Of a stretch of 64,000 nucleotides of DNA, positions 55,563 through 64,000 are shown piece after piece. Where the stretch lies: NCBI GenBank assembly GCA_020137815.1, contig CM035357.1, positions 7,378,001 through 7,442,000 on the forward strand, in the 5' to 3' direction. The translations under genes and the position numbers were made by a program. The notes beneath the pieces are model-generated. The model was not told the DNA's origin and made no database searches. It was given only the letters and a program-made list of their open reading frames with translations. Numbering within the stretch: position 1 is the first letter of the stretch; each line of letters opens with the position of its first letter. This DNA comes from Hormiphora californensis. Taxonomy: Eukaryota > Animalia > Ctenophora.

Positions 55563-56275
55563 ACTTACTAAACACGCCTCCTCCCATTTCAGACCTCGTG
55601 CTGTGATACAAGTTCCACGTCTCTTGAAATGGATCTCACAACAGGACCCTCCTCAAGAGGTTAGTGTACAATATAGGTCCCTGACCTTGGTTTCTGTTAG
55701 TGTATAGTGTATAGTATAGTATATATAGTTAGTATACTGTATATTGTACAACTGCTCTGTGAAGAAAAGTCTTTTCAGTTTCACACTCAGTTTTAGAACA
55801 GTATCTCTGTCTGGGTTAATCTTCAAAGGTTTTTGGAATCTTTGTAATTCAATGTTTCTGGGGTCCCCTACCATCGTCCAGCGTGTATATTTTGTTCTGT
55901 AAGTGCACTACGGATTATTGAGGTACACTGTAATACCTGCTAACCGTCTATCGGCTGCTTAACAATCGGAGTCATTGCTTGTGAACACACATGTGCGTTT
56001 CTACAATTTCCCTAGAACTAACCACATGATCAAATTGCCATCTTAGCTTTCTATCTTTTCCTCATCTCCTTCTCTCTCTATCTCATCTTCATCCCTCCTA
56101 TCTTTTTACACTTGCCTCCCCCTCGTACATCTCAATCTTTCTATCTGCTTCTCTCTCCATATCTTAGATGCATTGGCAAAGTATCTTGGAAAGAGGGCGA
56201 GCTCGTTTTTCTTGTCTCTTTAGAAGAGTAGAGAGAGAGAAAGAGAGAGACGAGAAGAGGAGAGAGAGAGAGAGG

Positions 56276-56310
<35 letters not shown>

Positions 56311-56380
56311 GAGAGAGAGAGAGAGTGAGAAGAGAGAGAGAGTGATGAGAGAGAGAGAGGAGAGAGGAGAGAGCTCTCTC

Positions 56381-56415
<35 letters not shown>

Positions 56416-57625
56416 TCTCCCCCCCCCCCACTGACTGGTCTAACTCCACGTCTCCCACACATTTGTCCACCTCGACACGCCCTACCAACAGCGTGCTTCA
56501 TTTAAGCGCGACTCTCCGCTCAGTTTCAGTCAGAATTGAGATTATTAGCTTTCTTGAAACCTATATTAGTTTGTGTTGCTCTGTACTGTTATCTAGCTGA
56601 TTAAGTAGTACACTAAGAAAACCCGTACAATGTCAACTACTGGCAAGTCAAGAGGTATTACAAAATGTCAGTTGTAATGCCCACCCTTTTATGTCTATAT
56701 AGCTTTACATCGTTGTCTTGTTGTCTCTATAATCGTTGACCGTCAACAATCGTTGTCCGTTCTAGACTGGTCTGACTTAAATTCCTCTAACTAACCCCCT
56801 CTCTTTTCTCCCAGCATCCACGGCAAGTGGATCAGGGCAGCCAACCTGTACCACAACAAGCCACCCCGCCCCGCCCCATAATACAACAAACCACCCCTCC
56901 CCTTCCCATAATGGTGGCGTAGTGACAACAAACCATCGCCCACTCGAGGTCAGTAGAGGAAGATCGTTAGACTCAGCTATTATATCGTGAAATACCTCGT
57001 TGTTGCTTCAAAACATGGTCAATATGACGACTAACACAACTCCCTCTTTCAGGACATGCCTCCCTTCCCGCCCTCCCACGGCTCCACCGTCCCCACTCTC
57101 TCCAACCAAACCCTGATGACTGGTTTGAACCGAGATCTCGAGGAGATGAACAATTTAGTAGGAGAGATATCATCTCTGGTTTGGCAGAACGAGCCCCTTC
57201 CCCCACCGCCCCCTCCCCAACCGGACGATACATACGAGAACTTCCACTGTCCAGATCCTTCCCCTCCTCCCCCTCCTCTTGAGATGGACAGCCCGCCGCC
57301 AGCGCTACCACCTCGCCTACCACCCCGCCGACCGGACCTGCCCCAGCGGATACCCCTTTCAGACACTCGACCCCGTTACCCCCTACCCTCCCCATGCCAG
57401 AGACAATTCCCACCCACTTTGCCCCTCAAAGTACCAATAGCACCTCACCGGACCAACTCAGCGGCACCTGCACCCCCTGCTACCAGGGTCCGTCCCCCGG
57501 CTCCCCACTACAGGACACCCAAAGTGCCCCAACGGACGGAGCCAGACCAGCGGTTTCCCAGCCCCACCCCAACCTCCCGCCCTACCGACACGCATCAAGA
57601 TAGGAGCCACCCCAGTGTACAGTAA
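46218..57625 (+). CDS. Protein with a p190RhoGAP (ARHGAP35/5)-type N-terminal GTPase domain followed by a low-complexity, Tyr-motif- and Pro-rich tail
   Basis: Exon 50910-51055 DFHGPIVNTDHFLYWG...FNIIEQTEFLDD; 51500-51664 DPYLKRSSST...KVQYVSPDQL...IDGFLCVYDVSK; 51807-52040 PVVLVATKCD...VPIVETSASENVNVAQAFFSL. Later exons at ~53022, 53659, 53921, 54771, 55075, 55593, 56815 and 57052-57625. The P-loop exon (~46366-46505, MTNLAICG...) is corrupted in this assembly, and the true start is unknown. Confidence 0.75.
46741..46840. other. Assembly gap (100 N)
   Basis: Run of N. Confidence 1.
46841..50560 (+). mobile_element. Non-LTR retrotransposon with RT + RNase H + CCHC (Loa/I-group-like), in an intron of the p190-like gene; 5' part lost in the gap
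   Basis: Contains ORF 46964-49450; ~1.1-kb 3' region ending in a stem-loop and a (TAT)n-like tail near 50536-50560. The 3' boundary is approximate. Confidence 0.8.
46964..49450 (+). CDS. LINE ORF2 fragment: reverse transcriptase, RNase H, C-terminal zinc knuckle
   Basis: SAPGFDNI, KKPGK, FRTICLL, QFGF, DIEGAFDNV, GVPQG, QAECDD, YLGVKLDNKL; RNase H YTDGSK, QAELFAI, IYTDSQA, AHVGIAGNEKADKLAK; CRFC...ETNFHILCSC. Confidence 0.92.
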   Translation: METLTCAADVLVGGSATPLSPPPFKNCHAPPHIFDQKIHTADNVLKFLDNAFQLISNTRSAPGFDNISYSTLQAGWEILKGPLSSIYRDCFVLGAVPTQWLSSKGVLLKKPGKKGDQPKHFRTICLLPTSWKLLGKLIQQHLRADRDFLSFLHPLQFGFVPCKGTVHALSAAISIVESALVNKSFCVGLSVDIEGAFDNVNADQVIEAFKRHNVPPPVLEIIDFYLHNRSVTLSLDDCKISRYCLNGVPQGDTLAPDGWNVTTTEILTRVNQHEYLQAECDDFLGLCWGDNLLDILPRSQWILDCILEWCAKMGLRVSPTKTQVIIFTHRTKLPPSIPPLHVYGNPVPYVPVLNYLGVKLDNKLRWNAHIDQVCSKAQRLQYATERLFGVDWGSHPNALRYIYDKVISPMVTYSSHIWVGALSKEGNKEKLEKITLSSSRGCTLGGKSAPKVALIKIAGLDPLTTKVVEQSRKTLLNNKLWTEGLPSKGKFTPHSELIPQNIKDDFHGLPIDRLDSPLYLSSRVFRASLDSESESEVQYDLYCYTDGSKSGDLVGAAWHAFLSPNSHRTAQPITDLQETIRLPPHSTVCQAELFAIGRAAMGIYRFLEFHPSSTVVIYTDSQASISCVSALSTKSAVVAATFEALNLLGSAHQTSLVYCQAHVGIAGNEKADKLAKQACNQENIFPIPIPKSHIRSVCSSLAHTEVNDRLSQLRNKCLSSNTLLDIILKLNFQQETIFNLPRTDLKLLTNFLTNRGSMRSYIHRIDPTSDPLCRFCGLNEETNFHILCSCPALWKTRHLHFGLFNFTSPPDSLSPDILLKFLIDIKYS

Positions 57626-58421
57626 AGTTGAATCCCGTGGAAAACCACGGTTGTTACATCAGCACGAGTTCTCGCCATACGTCACAAATGGAGCCAAACT
57701 AGGCCCATGTAGCGACCCCCGAAATAGGATAGACTGGAATCAGTGAGAGAATTGTTGTGTTATGTGTTATCATTGTTTTATGAAGATCTGCCCTAACAAA
57801 CATTGTGTTTAGGACCCTATGATTTAGAACACTCTAGGAAGCCTTGATGTTTATGATAGGCTGAGGTGTATATTGCCAAAAAGATGTTGAAGCAAGAAAG
57901 ATGCTGTCTAGTGAGCGCTAGATCTGTAAGAAAACAGGGTCAAGGCGTGCACTAGATAGGAGAGAGGTATAAAGAAGAAGTATGAACTGCAATATTCCTA
58001 TGTTTCTGTCCGAAAGAGACCCGCTCGAATTTATTTATTTATTTAATGGATTTTGATATAATGAACTTTTGACATCTCCCGAAACTCCAGAAGTTATGTT
58101 GGAAATGTGGGTTCGTATTGGCAAAGGATCTTCACTTCTTTCATTTTCCTTGGCTACGTAGGGGGTGCGACGTGCCCAATTATTTTCCCACCTATTCACA
58201 CAATAATATTCCCCGTTATTATTTAAATATTTGCGCTCATTCACCGATACAAACCCAAGAGCTTAGGAAACGGATTGGTTTGGGGATTGGAAAATAAGTT
58301 AGAAATAAGTTACACCCACACTCACTTAAAAATGTATAAAAAGCAGCCACATTCTGTCATCTCTGTTGTCTAGCAACTTGTTGTCTAGATCCATAAAAAG
58401 GATAAATAAAATTAACTAACA

Positions 58422-60756
58422 TCACTGAAACTCATATTGTAAAAGATCAGCCCCACCCTTTAACACTTCTCTAACATTCTCAACAAGTTTTCTAACGTGA
58501 TGTAGATTATGAAGACTAACCAAAGTGGGTCCTAACATTTCCTTAGTGTTAAACAAGTGGTTAACATAGGCACGTGTATGTCTGGTACACATGAAACAGA
58601 CACACCCACTTTCAATACCAATAAACTGTCGTGAATACTGCCCATCTGTTAAGTCCATTACTCTCGAGCATCTCTCTTTATCTACCAATTGTTCAGGTGT
58701 AAATACAAGTTTAACCCCCCGTTTACTGTCCCCTTTCTCATGTTTAACGTGTTGTTCAGGGGCTGCACTAGCTAAACTCGGCCCAAACTCTCCTCCTCCT
58801 GTTGCAGTAGTAGTGGTGGTAGTTGGTAGTGGTTCTTTATCAGTAGTGGGGTTGGTGAGAGCGAGGCCTTGACTTGCATAACGAGACAGGAAGGATGTGT
58901 CAACGTAGTGACAACCACTTCTATATGCTTCAATCAATTCTACTTCATTTAGAACACCTAGAAGAAGGGGATTGTGTAACTCAAAAAGAACAAGGGACAT
59001 TGAGAAAATGTATATTCATTTGAAAGAAGTTACTCAGATAATACAAAACACAGATTATTATCTTACCGAACATGTAGATAGGCCTGGAGGGAGGAAGAAG
59101 GGAAATAACTTTGCGGACAAGTGGTGCCCAATCTTTCAGAGGCAGAGTAGCTCGTTCTATGACGTATCTGCGAAGAAAGGATGTTAGATTTGGGGGAGTT
59201 AGACTGTCAGGCCAATGCTCTGACCACAGTTCTCGTGCGCTCCGCGTGCAGAAGCGAGAATGGGTCAGGCCAATGCTCTGACAGGAGTTAGAAGATTCTT
59301 CAATGTTTGAAGTTGTACTTTTCGTGGTAGATGGATAGAGGTAGTGGTAGATGGATAGAGGCAGGCGGAAAAAGACAATAAAGACACCCTAAAATGTCAA
59401 AAGGAAAGTCAGTAAACATACACACACATTGAGCAGGCTCAATTTAGCTAATCACTGGCGGGGTATGGGGCTGAGGCACTGGCAAGATATAGTGGGATCG
59501 CTACTTCCCACATCTCATGTGTATTCTGAATTGCAAATTTAAAAGGGTTGGGTATTCAGAATACACATGAGATGTGGGAAGTAGCGATCCCACTATATCT
59601 TGCCAGTGCCTCAGCCCCATACCCCGCCAGTGATTAGCTAAATTGAGCCTGCTCAATGTGTGTGTATGTTTACTGATCTTCCTCCTGGTGTTCCAACCCC
59701 CTCTACTAATCAAGGAAAGCTTTATTCCTACCCGTAAACATCTCGAGTAGAAAGAATCTGGGCACTTTTCAACATCAACTGGGCATGTCCAGAACCAGGA
59801 AGGACTGCTAACACCTTCCTCTCACCAGTACAGTGTGTCAATGTCTCCGTGAGCCAGTTCAGTGTCCTATAGCATGACTTGTCCGCTCTCTTCTTGTTAA
59901 CACACGCTGGGACAACGTCGGCTAGTGCTGTAAGGGAAGAGGTTTAGTTTGGGAAGTTATGAATTGTACTTCAACATAACCACTACATTTGTAATTCATG
60001 TCTACCGGTCTTATAACTTCACTTACCAATAAACAAATCAGGCTTTGCAGTGTCCACAAACTCTAAATAATCATTGTTATTGATCTTCTTCCGGCCTGCT
60101 TTAGTCCACACTGACACGGTGAGTTGGTCATTAAACGTGGTCATATCAGGCGCAGTGTAACTGTAGGGAGGGAGGGACTGGGTGTTATCATGGGGTTAGG
60201 GGAATGGGGTGATGAAGAATTGAGAGAGGATCGTACGAGCATTCTGTAAGAAGTATTAGTATGGTATTTGCAGTGGTATGGAGTTTACTATTTTGGGGGC
60301 CTTTCTTATGTTTTGGGCATGTGCTAGTATGTGTTGGGTATGTGTATTTAACTACCTGTTATAAGGATTAAGTAGAACCTCTCCCCTTGCTTTATAAAAC
60401 TGTCCCAGTGTCACTCCCATCGCTTCTAAACCACTCCTCCCTGGTCCATGAACCACTGAGTCAAAGCAAACCACCTCCACCCCTAATGGCTGGTACAGAT
60501 CCTTAGTTACATGGGGTAACTGGCCTCCCTTGGTAGCTAGCACTAGGTCAGGTGTGGTCCCCTCTAGTTGACACAAGTGAGAGGATGTAGAGAGAAGGGA
60601 TAACCTATCTTGATTCGGCTCTGTGATGTGATCTGGTAGAATCCTGAGACTTTCAACTTTCTTTTCTGTCTCAGTCTTTGCTTTCTTTGATGGGTGTTGC
60701 TGGTCCTGGTTGATGTTGTTTTCATTGCCTTTGTCTGGGCTTCTTTTTGCTACCAT
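58422..60756 (-). CDS. QTRT2: Queuine tRNA-ribosyltransferase accessory subunit 2
   Basis: Exons approx. 60756-60356, 60162-60028, 59929-59732, 59167-59067, 58957-58422. Motifs TKGGQLPHVTKDL, VSVWTKAGRKKI, PDLFI|ALAD, KKRADKSCYRTLNW, RDVYGYVIE, RPIYMFG, and zinc site GCVCFMCTRHTRAYVNHLFNTKEMLG...HNLHH. It lacks the catalytic DSGGFQ motif of QTRT1. Confidence 0.88.
59206..59284 (-). repeat. Small dispersed repeat bounded by 19-bp direct repeats, copy 2 (QTRT2 intron)
   Basis: GTCAGGCCAATGCTCTGAC occurs twice (reverse complement of the 10163/10217 motif), with shared internal CGGAG.GCACGAGAA. Confidence 0.75.
59409..59676. repeat. Apparently perfect 123-bp inverted repeat with 22-nt spacer in a QTRT2 intron
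   Basis: Arms 59409-59531 and 59554-59676 read as exact reverse complements. Confidence 0.9.
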
Positions 60757-61307
60757 ATTAAGCTATAAAAGGAATAATTGGGGAGTTACAAATCAGGTAT
60801 AACTACTAAATAAATATTGGGGGGGGGGGGAAGGAGACACAGTTAGGAAATCGAAAAGAACCATGTGGTTAGAGGGTTAGTTAGGCAAGAGAAGGAAGAA
60901 AGAGGGATATTTTTTGAGAGGGAATTTAAAACTCAGTGATATTGGTCAATTCAACAGTGATAAAGAAAATAAAGCAGCACTCTCTCTACACACAGCTGAT
61001 TTTCAAAATACTTTCTAGATTGATATATCACAAATTGGGGACTGGATTTTAGGATTGATTTATAACATAGGAACTGTTAGAACTATTAGACCCTAATTTT
61101 AAAACACATAGTTACATGCAAATACAGTTTACATTTATATTACATACAAATCGGGGAGGGATAATAATTTCATTGCAAATATTATACATGTCTGGAAAAC
61201 TGCTGGCTGGCACCTCAGACTGCCGCTTTCCAAACAGTGTACAATTTGGTAGAAGAGGTTATTGGCTATATAATGATGGAATAGTAATCGAAATTTGAAT
61301 ATATAAT

Positions 61308-61510
61308 TATATGAGCCATAAACTCTGGCCACTGGCACGTTATTTCAGATACCTTTCTCCCAGCGCGCCGCTGGGAGAAGGTAGCTGTAGTTTATCCGCC
61401 AGTGGCGGATAAACTGGTTTAAATCACGACGACGATCCCGAGGCGGAGCCGAGGGAGAGGCGGAGGGGTTTAAACCAATAACGTGCCATTGGTCAGAGTT
61501 TATAGGTTAT
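61308..61510. mobile_element. ~200-bp TIR element packed with internal GC hairpins
   Basis: ATAAACTCTGGCCACTGGCACGTTATT / AATAACGTGCCATTGGTCAGAGTTTAT; internal palindromes CTCCCAGCG...CGCTGGGAG and AGTTTATCCGCCAGTGGCGGATAAACT. Confidence 0.65.
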
Positions 61511-62177
61511 ATACCCTGCTTTAGTTGTTTGTTTCAAGTATTACACACTAACAAGAGAGAAAACACTAATCAAAACACACAAAGAGAACTGAGAAACAGT
61601 CAAAAACATCTCTCAATTGAGTGTATATTGTTTGGTAACAGTTACTAAGGAGAGAGAGAAAGAAATAACAAGATATGGGGCATGCCAGACATAACACAGA
61701 GGAATTGAGATAGTGAAACAAAAGGGGAGATAAAGAGAGAGAAGTTGACGGAATGTGTTGTTTCTTTCTCTCCAATGCAGTGTGTAACTCTTGCAAACAG
61801 TGTTCCCTCTGTATTTCAGTAAGAACTGATCATTTACACACACTTTGAATGTAACATAGGAGTTAATAATAAACAGCCAGCCAGTGGGAAATAATCTGCC
61901 GCTGGACTGGCTGTATATTGAGAGCGCGCCAGTGGGACTTCTCGCCACTGGCGGGTTATTTAAGTTAGCAGGGTATATAATAAAGTAATGTGCAGGGTAA
62001 ATTGATTAAATCACACTACAACACCGCACACACGGGACAAGTCAAATAATAATAAATTGTTGATTAAGAGATTTCAAAGTGTTCAAACATGGCCTAGTCT
62101 GCTGCAGGTAAAACCTTCAAATAAATCACACACGCACTGTCTCTTTCTGCTCACTCACCCAGCATCTCACACCCTCT

Positions 62178-63468
62178 CTACGCAGCAGTGTAGTTACCAT
62201 GCGACCCAGGGCAGTTCTCCTCAGCTGGTTCTTCAAAATCACTCTCCCCCTCGGGGTCATATAATCTGTGGAGTTGTGAAACAAGGAATTTGTAGAACGC
62301 TTTGTACCCTCTCCAGTAATAGTGATCGTAACTTGAACCAGGCCTAGAGATGGGGAGATTCAGGTTAAATGAAGGAGTAAAACAATGCCATGTCTCCCGC
62401 TCTACGAAGTACGATTTGTTTGTTTTGATCAAACAGTTAGAGAGGGTCGAGCAAGGCAAAGATTTATCACTTTTTAGTTATCTGTTTATGTGTTTATTGG
62501 ATATATTATCTGATAGTTCACAACTCACATGCATGTTTTCACTGCTCCAGAATCGTTGATGAGATATTTGCAGAGGGGCTCCGGGTTTTTACACTGTGTC
62601 ACCGCAACGTGAATAGGCCGACTTCCCTGAGCTTCCGCTATGTATTTCTCTATTGTAGACCAGCCTGTAAAAACATAAGGATACTGCTAGAAACAGTTAA
62701 AAAACCACCGTTGCTTTGTATTTGTAAGGACAGAAACAAGGATAAATTAAGTAGTAGTTAACTCGATTCTACTCTACTCAAAGGAAACATACCCGGATTT
62801 TGAGCAGTCTTTGTCCCATTACTGTCCACATTACTTTCCAAACTAATGTCTTTAAATTCAATTGCCAATTTCTCTGTGTCGCTCTCTTTATTCTCTGCTG
62901 GTTGTAAGATAAGAATTGTCTGGTACGCATCGAGCAGCACGTAGGAATTCTTAGCTGCTTTCACCGTCAATGGGCTAAGCGGCAGGGAGAGCCTGGGAAA
63001 ATAAAGTTAATTAATAGCTTGCAAGGTGTAAATACCACCTCCTACTGTTGCTGCAGTATCCCCGTGCGGTGCTATACACAATATGTATACATGTACATTA
63101 ACATTTAGCGCGCGGAAATGTACATTTTACGAAATCGCGCGCACAAAGAGTGGATCTGGCAGGGCGGCGCCTTCCAGACAGTCTACTGCCTTCTTTCTCT
63201 CTAGGAGCGGCGAAGAAAAGTAATGCGGCGATGCCCAAATTTGTATCGCCTTTGTTGCTTTTTTTTCATTTTCTCTCAAGAACTTTTTTCTCTTTCTTAC
63301 CCAGGGGTTTGTGACGCATTTTCAAAGCTCATTAAATGTGGGTAGAAGAGAAGGGCGAGATGTTCGGGGTTAGCACCGCTGAAGGGAGGGGAGGGTGTTA
63401 TTTGTGTGTCAATCTTTCATCGCTTGACAGAGAGAGAGGGAGAGAGAGAGAGAGGGGGCGAGAAGAGA

Positions 63469-63535
<67 letters not shown>

Positions 63536-63553
63536 GAGAGAGAGGAGAGAGAG

Positions 63554-63585
<32 letters not shown>

Positions 63586-63942
63586 GGAGAGAGAGAGAGA
63601 GGGAGAGAGAGGAGAGAAATAGAGAGAGGGAGAGAAAGAAGAAGACAAAAAGAACAACATTTCACATGTTTTACTTTTGTTAAAACTTACATGCAGGTAG
63701 ATTGGAATGCCACAAGTTGGTCCAAGGTATAATCCTCCCTACAGCTCATAAAGGGACATGTGAACATCCCATATATGAGAGCTGATAGAATCTGAAGATG
63801 GGGATACACAGAGAAATCGACATCAAATTCGTGGGCATCATATGGTAACGTTTCGTTGTAGTGGGAGATTAGGTAAACATAGGTGTCTAGCACTGAGACT
63901 CGACCCTCGTTAACCCCCCACTTCACACAGGACTCTATACTC
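62178..63942 (-). CDS. 3' exons of a divergent Sec23/Sec24-family protein (helical and gelsolin-like domains); continues beyond the window
   Basis: Exons approx. 63942-63691, 62993-62792, 62664-62529, 62343-62178 give GVNEGRVSVLDTYVYLISHYN...FDVDFSVYPHLQILSALIYGMFTCPF...SYVLLDAYQTILI...LCKYLINDS...GYKAFYKFL, which follows the Sec23/24 C-terminal pattern. Confidence 0.55.
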
Positions 63943-64000
63943 TGAAAAGGTAGGGGGATTATTTTGTGAAAATGGGAGAAAGGTTAAGAGGTTACCCCTC

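Noticed and set aside
59300-59388. Possible extra QTRT2 exon
   Set aside because: Flanking exons join in phase without it (RDVYG|YVIE), and it contains a 20-bp tandem duplication.

Overview
Eukaryotic, intron-rich genomic DNA, most likely from an invertebrate animal (the taxon cannot be fixed from sequence). It is saturated with (CT/GA)n microsatellites, has one 100-N gap, and several stretches look like unpolished long-read sequence. Six spliced host genes were reconstructed by hand from GT-AG exons: (1) a RasGEF (REM+CDC25) preceded by about five tandem ubiquitin-like/talin-F0-like domains (+, ~1.5-12.3 kb); (2) a type II membrane GT-A glycosyltransferase (B4GALNT1/2-like) with an N-terminal ricin-type lectin-like region (+, 15.6-18.6 kb); (3) a divergent aquaporin (+, 19.1-24.7 kb); (4) a protein with a p190RhoGAP-type N-terminal GTPase domain but no FF/RhoGAP domains, ending in a Tyr-motif/Pro-rich tail (+, ~46.2-57.6 kb); (5) QTRT2 (-, 58.4-60.8 kb); (6) the 3' part of a divergent Sec23/Sec24-like gene (-, 62.2 kb to window end). 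Mobile DNA comprises a near-intact R4/Dong-clade RLE retrotransposon inside a (GA)n microsatellite, a CR1-like fragment, an RT+RNase H (Loa/I-group-like) LINE, a head-to-tail Helitron trimer and several foldback MITEs. The most striking system is the R4/Dong-like element (28.36-34.6 kb). It starts with a hand-foldable HDV-like ribozyme exactly at the (GA)n junction, has a stem-loop cluster before an ORF with two Myb-like domains, and its 3' UTR carries three tandem double-hairpin RNA modules with compensatory base changes. All calls come from reading the sequence and from recalled family motifs; no database search or folding program was run.
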